Shown here: positions 39,653-48,769 of the stretch, one piece after another
How the letters are laid out: each line of letters opens with the position of its first letter
Numbering within the stretch: the stretch's first letter is position 1
Assembly (NCBI GenBank): GCA_050014915.1
Contig: JBEKCK010000001.1
Coordinates: 38,126-102,125, forward strand
Reading direction: 5' to 3'
DNA length: 64,000 nt
DNA from: Acidimicrobiales bacterium
Lineage (GTDB): Bacteria; Actinomycetota; Acidimicrobiia; Acidimicrobiales; RAAP-2
Program-made: the position numbers and the translations under genes
The notes under the pieces: generated by a model
Told to the model about the DNA's origin: nothing
Databases searched by the model: none
What the model saw: only the letters and a program-made list of their open reading frames with translations

Positions 39653-40617
39653 CGTTCCGCGAGGCCATCGCGCGCGGGATCGCCCAAGAGATGCGTCGCG
39701 ACGAATCGGTTGTCTTCCTCGGTGAGGACGTCGGCGCGGCCGGCGGCGTGTTCAAGGGCACGGTCGGACTCATCGAGGAGTTCGGACCGGTGCGCGTTCG
39801 CGACACCCCGATCTCGGAACAGGCGATCCTCGGTGCCGCGATGGGTGCGGCGATGACGGGACTGCGACCCGTGGCCGAGATCATGTTCGCGGACTTCTTC
39901 GCGGTCTGTTGGGACATCGTGGCGAATGAGATCGCCAAGAGTCGCTACATGACCAATGGACAACTCACCTTTCCGCTCGTTATTCGCTCGGGCAACGGTG
40001 GGGGCCTTCGCTTCGGCGCGCAGCACTCCCAGAGCGTGGAGAACTGGGCGATGATGATCCCGGGTCTCAAGGTCGTGGTGCCCAGCAACGCCGTCGACGT
40101 CATCGGACTCATGGCCGCGTCGATTCGCGACGATGACCCGGTCATCTTTCTCGAGGCCAAGGCACTCTACGCGTCGAAGATGGACGTGCCCGATGGCGAG
40201 ATCGTCGACACACTCGGCTCGGCCAAGGTCCTGCGACGCGGTTCGGACGCGACGGTCGTCGCGCTCGGCGCGATGGTCCCCAAGGCGCTCGCCGCGGCGG
40301 AGGAGTTGGCCAGCGCTGGCGTGGAGTGCACGGTCGTCGACGTTCGCTCACTCGTTCCGCTCGACACCGCCGCGATCCTGCGTGAGGTTTCGGCCACCGG
40401 TCGTCTCTTCACGGTGGAGGAGAACCCGCGGCTGTGCGGTTGGGGCGGTGAGCTGTCGTCGATCGTGAGTGAAGAGGTCTTCTACGACCTCGACGGGCCG
40501 ATCGTCCGGATCACGACGCCGCACATTCCTCTTCCCGCGGCCGACGCGCTCGAGGACATGGCGATCCCGTCCGTCGAGAGAATCGTCACGACGATCGCCA
40601 AAGCGATGAACTCCTGA
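39640..40617 (+). CDS. 2-oxoacid dehydrogenase E1 component beta subunit
   Basis: MAQLTFREAIARGIAQEM ... GEDVG ... RVRDTPISE is typical of E1 beta. ATG 39640 follows GGAGGTGG and overlaps the end of E1 alpha. Confidence 0.9.
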   Translation: MAQLTFREAIARGIAQEMRRDESVVFLGEDVGAAGGVFKGTVGLIEEFGPVRVRDTPISEQAILGAAMGAAMTGLRPVAEIMFADFFAVCWDIVANEIAKSRYMTNGQLTFPLVIRSGNGGGLRFGAQHSQSVENWAMMIPGLKVVVPSNAVDVIGLMAASIRDDDPVIFLEAKALYASKMDVPDGEIVDTLGSAKVLRRGSDATVVALGAMVPKALAAAEELASAGVECTVVDVRSLVPLDTAAILREVSATGRLFTVEENPRLCGWGGELSSIVSEEVFYDLDGPIVRITTPHIPLPAADALEDMAIPSVERIVTTIAKAMNS

Positions 40618-40623
40618 TCAACA

Positions 40624-41547
40624 TCACGACGGTGGCGAGGGCTCGACGTCGGGGGTCTTGCCCAACGTGCGCTGTAGGTTCGGCAGCAACGACATGAAAT
40701 CGATTTCGCCGTAGCCGTTGGCAGAGGTCAGATGCGTCAGGGAGTTCACTAACTCGATCACCGGGAGCGTCAGGTCCGCGCCGTGCGCGACGTCGAGGGC
40801 CAGTTCGAGATCCTTGATCAAGAGGTTCGTGGTGAACGTGGCCGAGTAGTCGTGGTCGATGAGACCCGGGGTCTTGTAACGAACGAACGGCGACCCCATC
40901 ACCGACTCGCCCAAGGCGTGCAACAGAATGGAACGGTCGATACCGTTGTTCTCTCCCAGGACGATGAGTTCGGCCATCAACTCTGCGGTGATCGCGAGTC
41001 CCGCGTTGATCGCGAGCTTCAACGTTCGCGATTGTTCGGCGTCACCCACGTAGAGCACCGTCGGTCCGATCGATTGCAAGAGCGCTGCGACCCGGTCGAA
41101 GGTGGCCCGGGGACCGGAGACGATGAGCGTGATGTTGCCCGCCGAGAGGACCGCCGGATTACCGCTGACCGGCGAGCGGAGGTAGTCGACGCCGACCGCA
41201 TCGGCCCTTGCGGCGATTTCGCTCGAGATCCGTGGCGAGACGGTCGACATGTCGATGAGTACGCGACCATCGGGCCCCGATCGAAGTACGCCATCGTCCC
41301 CGAGACAGACGCCGGTCAACGCGTCGTCGTCGGCGAGGAACGTGATGACGATGTTGGCGCGATCCCAGAGGTCGTGGAAGTCGTTCAGGCGAACGGCGCC
41401 TCGTGCTTCCAGGGCCGAGTAGTCCTTCGGCGATCGATTCCAAATCAGGACCGACCACCCTTGATCGAGTAGACGACCGGCGAGGGCTTGTCCCATTTTG
41501 CCCATACCGAGGATGGCGACGGGTGATCGTTCCTCACTCTGTTCCAC
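40624..41547 (-). CDS. NAD(P)-dependent oxidoreductase (3-hydroxyisobutyrate / 6-phosphogluconate dehydrogenase-like)
   Basis: N-terminal VAILGMGKMGQALAGRL dinucleotide fold and a family-typical length (307 aa). Confidence 0.75.
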   Translation of the reverse strand: MEQSEERSPVAILGMGKMGQALAGRLLDQGWSVLIWNRSPKDYSALEARGAVRLNDFHDLWDRANIVITFLADDDALTGVCLGDDGVLRSGPDGRVLIDMSTVSPRISSEIAARADAVGVDYLRSPVSGNPAVLSAGNITLIVSGPRATFDRVAALLQSIGPTVLYVGDAEQSRTLKLAINAGLAITAELMAELIVLGENNGIDRSILLHALGESVMGSPFVRYKTPGLIDHDYSATFTTNLLIKDLELALDVAHGADLTLPVIELVNSLTHLTSANGYGEIDFMSLLPNLQRTLGKTPDVEPSPPS

Positions 41548-41665
41548 GATCGATCCTTTCTCGAATGTGTCGGACGCTCAACGGACGAGGTCAAACACTG
41601 AAGAAGACGCGCAAGCCGTCGACGATAGGTACGTCAGCCGCCACGTCACTGCGCGAAGGGCTTCG

Positions 41666-42448
41666 CTAGTTCCCTCGGAATTCAAGGTTCACCCAAATCG
41701 CTTCGACCGCGACGTCGCCGACGTTGTAGAGACGGTGGGGTCGACTGGAGTCGAAGCAGATGGAGTCACCTGCGTTGAGCTCGTACGTGTCGAACCCCAG
41801 AGCGATCTGCAGCGTTCCCTTGAGGATGAATCCGTACTCCGTTCCCACGTGACGGATCAGCCGATCGTCCAACGTTGAACTTCCGCCGACCTCGTAACGG
41901 ACGAACATGAAGTCCGTCTTGTCGTGGTGTGAGGAGATCAGCGACTCCCAGGTCACGCCCGAGTCGAGCACCAGCACCTTGCGTTCATCCGGTCGCACGA
42001 CGGGCGACGCGCCCTCTCGGACGCGACCCTTCGTCGGCGGTTTCTCCCCGGGTTCAACGGTGAGCCAATTGTTGTGGGCGGCGTCGGTCAGTCCGTTGAG
42101 CGAATCGTCGCCGACCGGCTCGGCCGGTTGGTCGTAGTTGAACAGCTCGTCGATCGAGATGTCGAGTGCGGCGCAGATTGAATAGAACGTGGCGACCGAC
42201 GGCTGAGCCTTGCCCGTTTCGAGTTGGGAGATGAACGACGCCGACACGTCGATGTCCCGGGCGAACTGGCGAAGCGTGATGCCGCGCTCCAGGCGGCGCT
42301 CGCGAAGTCGGGCGCCCACCAAGCCAGGCGCGAAGCGGTTATTCGTGGCGATGGAATCGGCGACGCTCGTCTGGCGAGTGCTCTTCGCCGACGTCCGAGG
42401 AGATGCCGTCGCCCTTGGCTCGGTGGCTACCCTCTTGGGAACCGCCAT
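41666..42448 (-). CDS. XRE family transcriptional regulator with C-terminal cupin domain
   Basis: HTH ITLRQFARDIDVSASFISQLETGKAQPS and the cupin block GTEYGFILKGTLQIA ... GDSICFDSSRPHRLYN. Confidence 0.85.
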   Translation of the reverse strand: MAVPKRVATEPRATASPRTSAKSTRQTSVADSIATNNRFAPGLVGARLRERRLERGITLRQFARDIDVSASFISQLETGKAQPSVATFYSICAALDISIDELFNYDQPAEPVGDDSLNGLTDAAHNNWLTVEPGEKPPTKGRVREGASPVVRPDERKVLVLDSGVTWESLISSHHDKTDFMFVRYEVGGSSTLDDRLIRHVGTEYGFILKGTLQIALGFDTYELNAGDSICFDSSRPHRLYNVGDVAVEAIWVNLEFRGN

Positions 42449-42541
42449 CTGTCAATCCCTCTTCCCGCACTCGTCACCCGCACACCTAAGTTGGGATCGA
42501 CCCTCGCCAGCGCATACGGCGTTATCAGATTCTATTGACAC

Positions 42542-43330
42542 CTATTCCCCCGCCTTCAATTTCTCCGCGAGATGCTCCCACTCTCGACTGAAGCGATAGG
42601 AGTGACGCGGCGGCGGCGCCGGGGCCTGCACCTCGATCCAGCGAACGAGTCCGGAACTGCGATTCTCAAAGCCGTGGTCGCAGCCGACCCCGGCCCAGAG
42701 CACGTCGCCCGGGTGCAGGACCAGGAGTTCGCCGTCGATGAGACCGTGGACTTCGCCCTCGACAAACACGTAGGCCTCCTCGAAGGGGTGGTCGTGCGGG
42801 TGCGCGATCGCGGTGGGCTGATAGTCGACCATGAACATCGTGTGGAGCTGCGCGCCCACCTGCTGGTCGATCAGCATCTTCACGCCGATCCCGCTGTAGG
42901 CGAGCAGCGCGGTCGCCATGCTGGGCGACACCGTCGGGGCCGCGACGTCGGAGCCCCCGGCGAGTCGTTTGAGGTCCATGGCGTCAGCGTCGAATCGCGC
43001 CGCGTTGCGGTTCCGGGGGTCGCGCATGTCGGGCGTCACCGTGTCGCCCTCGGCGAGCGCCTGGCCAGGGAAGAAGGTGTCGTGCCGGCGGCCGTCGTCG
43101 AGTTCGGCCGGGGCCTGCATCTGCAGCCAGCGAACCGGACCGTCGACGGCTCGAAGTTGATACGTCGTCGCCAGAGGAAGCACGATGCAGTGGTCGGGGC
43201 CGAGCGAGGTGGTCTGACCAAGTGTCGTCACCGCGAGCGTTCCCGAGAGCACGTAAAAACTCGTCTCGAACGAGTGGAGTGCAGCGTCGACGCGTCCACC
43301 CGGGGCGAGGTGGTTCAGTGACAACGTCAT
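42542..43330 (-). CDS. bicupin protein (ureidoglycine-aminohydrolase-like architecture)
   Basis: Two cupin modules (HSFETSFYVLSG... and HPHDHPFEEAYVFVEGEV...). The coding signal appears to continue upstream of ATG 43330, to about 43447 (see findings). Confidence 0.7.
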   Translation of the reverse strand: MTLSLNHLAPGGRVDAALHSFETSFYVLSGTLAVTTLGQTTSLGPDHCIVLPLATTYQLRAVDGPVRWLQMQAPAELDDGRRHDTFFPGQALAEGDTVTPDMRDPRNRNAARFDADAMDLKRLAGGSDVAAPTVSPSMATALLAYSGIGVKMLIDQQVGAQLHTMFMVDYQPTAIAHPHDHPFEEAYVFVEGEVHGLIDGELLVLHPGDVLWAGVGCDHGFENRSSGLVRWIEVQAPAPPPRHSYRFSREWEHLAEKLKAGE

Positions 43331-43492
43331 ATGGGGTGATCCGGTGGAGCGACTGACCAGGACCTGACGGCGATAGCCCGAGGAGTGACCCGCGAATGCC
43401 TCGGGCTCCTGGGCCGTCGAATCCTCGATCGCAGTCAGGTGATAGATGGTCCTCTCCTTCGATCCTTCAGTCAGTGGCGGGAGCGGCGACGG

Positions 43493-44197
43493 TCACTTCA
43501 GCAACCAGCCACCGTCCACCGCCAGATTTACTCCGTTGATCCCCGTGTTATCGAGCAAGAACTCCACGGCGTCCACGATCTCGGCCATCGTCACCGTTCG
43601 TCCCAGGGGCGTGCGGTTGATGACGAGGCTGAGGTCCTTGTCTTTCCAATACGGACTGTCACCGATGATGCCGGGGTGAATCGCGTTGACTCGGGTCGGG
43701 GCCATCTCCGTCGCCAAGGAGTTGACGATGCCGATGACGCCACCGTTGACGGTCGAAACCGTGGTCGAGCCGGGGTAGGGACGCTGTGTCGCCAATCCGC
43801 CGAAGAGCACGATCGACGCCTTGGGCGTGAGGCGACTCCGCAGGGCGTGGACTGCCGTGGTGTAGCCCACCAGTTTGAGCGTGACGAGACGAACCGCCGC
43901 ATCGACGTCGTAGTTCGCCAACGTGTTCGCGTCACGCTCGATCGCGGCGATGACCAGGTCGTCGACGGCCGGCACGCTCGACAGCGACTCGGCGATGGTC
44001 TCGGGCATCGAGAGGTCGACCGCGAGCCCGATCGTCCCCATACCGATCTCCTTGGCTGCGGCGTCCGCACTCTCTTGAGTTCGTCCGGAGAGATACACGG
44101 TCGTACCCTTCGCGGCGAGGGACTTGACGAGCTCCTTGCCAATACCCTGGGTTCCCCCGAGGACCACGGCGGTGCGACCCGCACGGCTTTCTGACAT
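43493..44197 (-). CDS. SDR-fold oxidoreductase-like protein (atypical active site)
   Basis: Cofactor motif VVLGGTQGIGKEL and the C-terminal NLAVDGG. The canonical YxxxK position reads V-S-T-V-N by my alignment. Confidence 0.7.
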   Translation of the reverse strand: MSESRAGRTAVVLGGTQGIGKELVKSLAAKGTTVYLSGRTQESADAAAKEIGMGTIGLAVDLSMPETIAESLSSVPAVDDLVIAAIERDANTLANYDVDAAVRLVTLKLVGYTTAVHALRSRLTPKASIVLFGGLATQRPYPGSTTVSTVNGGVIGIVNSLATEMAPTRVNAIHPGIIGDSPYWKDKDLSLVINRTPLGRTVTMAEIVDAVEFLLDNTGINGVNLAVDGGWLLK

Positions 44198-44362
44198 CGA
44201 CCAACCCCCTTTGAGTGTTCAGTGAAGTAAAACATACTCCAAGAATTCACGAAGTGAAACAGAGAATCTGCGTCGTGGCCGGTGCGATGACACTCACTGT
44301 TTCGTTGTCCCCGTATGGGGAATGACCTCGTTTCGTTCGTGTCGCAGCGTGTGAAGTCACTA

Positions 44363-44390
44363 TTGACATTGAACGACGCGGTGCTACGCT
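44363..44390 (+). promoter_or_regulatory. putative promoter of the amidohydrolase gene
   Basis: TTGACA (44363-44368), 16-nt spacer, TACGCT (44385-44390). Confidence 0.35.
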
Positions 44391-44425
44391 CAAGCCCTTA
44401 ACGGCTAGTTATTGGGGGGCTTGTA

Positions 44426-45865
44426 ATGAGCAATGACGTCAACTCGAAGGGCGAATCGCTCGAGCACGGACGACCGATTGTGTTTCGAAACGGCATCGTA
44501 ATCACGATGGACAATCAGCATCGCGTACTGAAGGACAGCGACGTGCTGATTGTCGACGGAGTCATCAAGGAGATCGGTCCGAACCTCAATGCCCCCGATG
44601 GTGCCCTCACCATCGACGCGAAGGGCGGCATCATCATGCCGGGCATGATCGACACGCACCGCCACATGTGGCAAACCGCCATGCGGGGCTACGGCGCGGA
44701 TTGGAGCCTCTCGCAGTACTTCGTCTGGTACTACCTGCAGCACGGAAAGAACTTCCGACCCGAGGACATCTACGCGGGCAATCTTCTGTCGGCCATCGAA
44801 GCGGTTGACGCGGGCGTCACCACGACGGTCGACTGGTCCCACGGTCTCTCCAGTACGGATCACGCGGAGGCTGCGACCGACGCACTCGAAGCCGTGCCGG
44901 GCAGGTTCATCTTGGCCTACGGCAACATCCAGGCTGCCCCGTGGGAGTGGTCCGTGGCCCCGGAGTTCAAGGAGTTCTACAGCCGTCGGTTCGGTTCGAA
45001 GAATGACATGCTGGGCTTCCAAATGGCCTTTGACGTCCTTGGTGACGCGGCATTTCCTGAGAAGCCCGCCTTTGACGTGGCGAAGGAGTTGGGCGTGCCG
45101 GTCACGACGCACGCCGGGGTGTTCGGGGTCACCGGTGACGAGAGCATTCGCCTGATGCACGAGCACGACTGCATGGGACCGGAGACCGTGTTCGTCCACT
45201 GTTCGACGCTGTCGGCCGACTCCTACAACCGCATCGCCGCGTCGGGTGGCTCGGCGTCGGTCGCGACCGAGAGCGAACAGAGCGCGGGGCAGGGCTATCC
45301 CTCGTCGTGGATCTTGCGTCAGTACGACATCCCTATCTCTCTCTCGCACGACACGTCGGTCTGGTGGAGTTCAGACTTCTTCACCGCTATGCGCGCGACC
45401 GCCGGTTCGGATCGATCGCGTCAGCACTTTGAATCCCAGTTGAAGGGCGAGCAGGTGATCAACCTCGACGTGCGCTGCGAGGAGGTCGTCCACTGGGCGA
45501 CCCGCGGTGGGGCCAAGGCCCTGGGCCTCGAAGACAAGGTCGGGAGCCTCGAAGTCGGCAAGCGCGCCGACGTCGTGCTCGTGAAGAACGACAACTCGCC
45601 GGCGATGTTCCCGATCATCAACCCCTACGGTCACGTCGTCATGCAGGCCCAACGGGCCGACGTTGACACGGTCGTCGTGGATGGCAACATCGTTAAGCAC
45701 GAGCACCGACTCGTCGGAATCGACCTGGGGGAAGCGCGGACCAAGACCGAGAAGACCGTCTCGTTCCTGGCCGACACGATCGGTGAAGAGGCCTGGGTCT
45801 TAGGTCAGAACCCCGAGCTGACTGAACGACAGGTCAACGAAAACCCATATAAGTACGTCAAATAG
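44426..45865 (+). CDS. metal-dependent amidohydrolase (TRZ/ATZ / cytosine-deaminase-like superfamily)
   Basis: N-terminal beta-sandwich followed by MPGMIDTHRHMWQ (HxH metal motif). 479 aa. RBS GGGGGG. Confidence 0.8.
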   Translation: MSNDVNSKGESLEHGRPIVFRNGIVITMDNQHRVLKDSDVLIVDGVIKEIGPNLNAPDGALTIDAKGGIIMPGMIDTHRHMWQTAMRGYGADWSLSQYFVWYYLQHGKNFRPEDIYAGNLLSAIEAVDAGVTTTVDWSHGLSSTDHAEAATDALEAVPGRFILAYGNIQAAPWEWSVAPEFKEFYSRRFGSKNDMLGFQMAFDVLGDAAFPEKPAFDVAKELGVPVTTHAGVFGVTGDESIRLMHEHDCMGPETVFVHCSTLSADSYNRIAASGGSASVATESEQSAGQGYPSSWILRQYDIPISLSHDTSVWWSSDFFTAMRATAGSDRSRQHFESQLKGEQVINLDVRCEEVVHWATRGGAKALGLEDKVGSLEVGKRADVVLVKNDNSPAMFPIINPYGHVVMQAQRADVDTVVVDGNIVKHEHRLVGIDLGEARTKTEKTVSFLADTIGEEAWVLGQNPELTERQVNENPYKYVK

Positions 45866-45958
45866 TCATCTGATCCGTGTCTCGGACGTACCAATAGTTG
45901 GGCAGTCTGCTTCTAGTCGCGGCTTCAGAACTGGCCCCGTACAACTGTTCACTATCGA

Positions 45959-45988
45959 TTGACACGTTAAGTAAACACGTGTACTGTC
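45959..45988 (+). promoter_or_regulatory. putative promoter of the RbsBAC-like operon
   Basis: TTGACA (45959-45964), 18-nt spacer containing ACACGT ... ACGTGT, then TACTGT (45983-45988). Confidence 0.35.
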
Positions 45989-46132
45989 GGTCGTCAATGG
46001 CAGTTCGTTTCGGGCGGAACGTCGGTCTTTGCTGAGCCTCTCGACGAGAGATCACCGGGGGGCCGCATGACGCAAGGAACATCGCAACACCTGTCGATGG
46101 CAAAGCGCCTTCGGCTTTCGAGGGGGGAATCA

Positions 46133-47152
46133 ATGCTGAAGAACAGATTTCGTAGTCTCACGTTTTTGACGGCCGGATTATTGGTGATGACGTCGGTTGG
46201 ATTTGGCGTTATGACGAACGCACAGGCTGCTACGAAGCACAAGGTGAAGACGTACAACGTTGCCTACCTGTCCTACGGGGTCGCCAACAGTTATGACGCA
46301 CCGATGCTCGCTGCGGCCAAGGCTGTAGCCCTAACGACTGGTCACGTGAACGTCACGGTGTTCGACTCACAGAGCACGGATACCCTCCAAGTGTCCGATC
46401 TTCAAGACGTGATTAGTTCCGGCAAGTACCAGGGCATCATCACGCAGCCCATCTATGGACCGGCCCTGCTACCCGGCGTCAAGCTCGCGATCAAGAAGGG
46501 AATCAAGGTCGTCAACATCGACCAGATTCTCGGCACGAACTACAACAGCGACCAGATCGAAGTGCACGGTCTCTCGGGCAACGTCGTGTTCTTCCCCGCG
46601 AAGATTGGATCTCAGTTGGCCGCGGAAGCGATCCTGGCCTGTGGCACGGCGAACCCCTGCAAGATTGCACTGGTTCACAACTACACGGGTGACGAGCCGG
46701 ACGCGGAGATCACCAAGACCTTTGACGCCGGCATCGCCAAGGACTCGAGCGCGAGCATCGTCGCCAACGGCGACGGTCTCTATACCCCGTCGGTCGCATT
46801 GACCTTCGTGGCGGACACGCTCGTCGCGAACCCGACCCTGAACGTGATTGTCGGTGCTGACCAGGACTGCGAAGGCGCGCAGTCGGCGCTCGCGTCGGCT
46901 AAGAACACTTCGGTGAAGCTCGTTTGCTACGGCGCGAGTGCGACCGGCATCGCCGCCGTCAAGGCCGGTACCTGGTTCGCGGACGTCGCGCAATTGCCGG
47001 CGACCGAAGGTGAGCTCGGCATGATCGCACTCATCAAGGCGATGAAGACAGGGAAGGGCTCCGGCTCGGAGAACCCCGTGGCCAAGTTGCCGAACAACGG
47101 AATCGTGACCCAAGCCAATGCCAGCAAGTTCAACGGTGAGTGGCCGGGTTGA
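46133..47152 (+). CDS. sugar ABC transporter substrate-binding protein (RbsB/Peripla_BP_4-like)
   Basis: ATG 46133 follows GAGGGGGGA. Signal peptide MLKNRFRSLTFLTAGLLVMTSVGFGVMTNAQA. The track ORF begins at 46067. Confidence 0.85.
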   Translation: MLKNRFRSLTFLTAGLLVMTSVGFGVMTNAQAATKHKVKTYNVAYLSYGVANSYDAPMLAAAKAVALTTGHVNVTVFDSQSTDTLQVSDLQDVISSGKYQGIITQPIYGPALLPGVKLAIKKGIKVVNIDQILGTNYNSDQIEVHGLSGNVVFFPAKIGSQLAAEAILACGTANPCKIALVHNYTGDEPDAEITKTFDAGIAKDSSASIVANGDGLYTPSVALTFVADTLVANPTLNVIVGADQDCEGAQSALASAKNTSVKLVCYGASATGIAAVKAGTWFADVAQLPATEGELGMIALIKAMKTGKGSGSENPVAKLPNNGIVTQANASKFNGEWPG

Positions 47153-47209
47153 TTCGTTCGTAGGAGAGGGAACGAACATCCAAGACTGACATGCGTGGGT
47201 TGAACTGAC

Positions 47210-48769
47210 ATGTCGACCGGGAACGTGGAAGAGGCACCCCGCAGTACTGCGGCGTCCACTGGTGGCGATTTCGTCGTCACCAGTGTGTCGAAACGGTACG
47301 GCGGGGTGCCCGCCCTCAGTGACGTATCGCTGACCATCGCTCCCGGCACCGTGCACGCGCTGGTGGGAGAGAACGGTGCCGGAAAGTCGACGCTCGGCAA
47401 GATCATGTCGGGGGTGATCGCTCCAGATGAAGGGACGATGTCGCTCGGCGGCGAAGCCCTCAGTTTCAAGTCGCCCCGGGACGCCCTCTCGCATGGTATC
47501 GCGACCATCGTTCAAGAACTGGCCATCGTCCCGGGACTCACGGTGGCCGAGAATGTCTATCTCGGAGTGGAACCCTCGACCGCCGGGTTCGTGAGACGGC
47601 GCCGATCGCGTCGACAGTTCCGAGATCTCGCCGAGACGGTTGGTTTCGATCTCTCGCCCGATCGACGCGCCGGGACCTTGTCGATCGCCGACCAGCAGAA
47701 AGTCGAGATCATGCGGGCCCTTTCTCGCAACGCGTCGATCGTCATCATGGATGAGCCGACGGCGGCGCTCTCCGGTGGTGAAACAGAAGCACTACATGCG
47801 ATCATCCGTTCACTCGTTCGCGACGGCAACTCTGTCGTCCTCATCTCGCACTACCTTTCTGAAGTACTCGCGCTCGCCGACGTCATCACGACCCTCCGAG
47901 ATGGACATCTGATTCGCACGGTAGACGCCAAGGACGCGACCGAGGAGACACTCATCGAAGGAATGCTCGGACACTCGCTCTCCTCGGCCTTTCCTGAGAA
48001 GGTCGTGGCGCAGGAGGAGAGGCCCGTCGTCTTGGAAGTCGATCACCTCCGGGCGCCGGGGGTCAATGACTGCTCCTTCGTCCTTCACGAAGGTGAGATC
48101 CTCGGCATCGCGGGATTGGTTGGGGCGGGTCGCTCCGAATTAGCCCGCGCGATCTTCCGCGACTCGAAGGTCTCGGGCGGCAACGTTCGTCTGAAGGGAA
48201 GAGACCTCGGTGGTCACAGTCCGTCGCGTTCGATTCGAAGGGGACTGGTCTTCATCCCGGAGTCGCGCAAAGAGATGGGCCTGTTGGTCGGTCGATCGGT
48301 GAAGGAGAACGTCTCACTCTCGCGACTGGACCTCGTCAGTCGACTCGGCTGGATCACGGGCATCCGAGAACGGCGCAAGGTGAATCAACTCATCAAGTTC
48401 GTCACTGTCCGAGCCGCCAGTATTCGCATGCCGGTGTCCATGCTCTCGGGAGGAAATCAACAAAAACTCCTGTTCGCTCGATCCGTCATGTGCTCGCCCG
48501 AAGTCTTGATCGCCGACGAACCTACTCGAGGCGTCGACGTGGGTTCGAAGAGAACCATCTACGACATATTGACTGAGATGGCCAAGTCCGGAATGGGTGT
48601 GGTCGTCATATCGTCGGACCTTGAGGAGGTCCTCGGACTGGCCCATCGAGTACTTGTGATGCGTCATGGACGCATCATCACCGAACTCTCGGGCGAAGGC
48701 ATAAACGAACAGGCCGTGCTCGCGGCCGCCTTCGCCGAGTCGACCTCCAAAGGAGCGATTCCCTCATGA
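47210..48769 (+). CDS. sugar ABC transporter ATP-binding protein (tandem-ATPase, RbsA/MglA-like)
   Basis: Two nucleotide-binding domains: GENGAGKST ... IVIMDEPT and GLVGAGRSEL ... LSGGNQQKL ... LIADEPT. Confidence 0.9.
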   Translation: MSTGNVEEAPRSTAASTGGDFVVTSVSKRYGGVPALSDVSLTIAPGTVHALVGENGAGKSTLGKIMSGVIAPDEGTMSLGGEALSFKSPRDALSHGIATIVQELAIVPGLTVAENVYLGVEPSTAGFVRRRRSRRQFRDLAETVGFDLSPDRRAGTLSIADQQKVEIMRALSRNASIVIMDEPTAALSGGETEALHAIIRSLVRDGNSVVLISHYLSEVLALADVITTLRDGHLIRTVDAKDATEETLIEGMLGHSLSSAFPEKVVAQEERPVVLEVDHLRAPGVNDCSFVLHEGEILGIAGLVGAGRSELARAIFRDSKVSGGNVRLKGRDLGGHSPSRSIRRGLVFIPESRKEMGLLVGRSVKENVSLSRLDLVSRLGWITGIRERRKVNQLIKFVTVRAASIRMPVSMLSGGNQQKLLFARSVMCSPEVLIADEPTRGVDVGSKRTIYDILTEMAKSGMGVVVISSDLEEVLGLAHRVLVMRHGRIITELSGEGINEQAVLAAAFAESTSKGAIPS

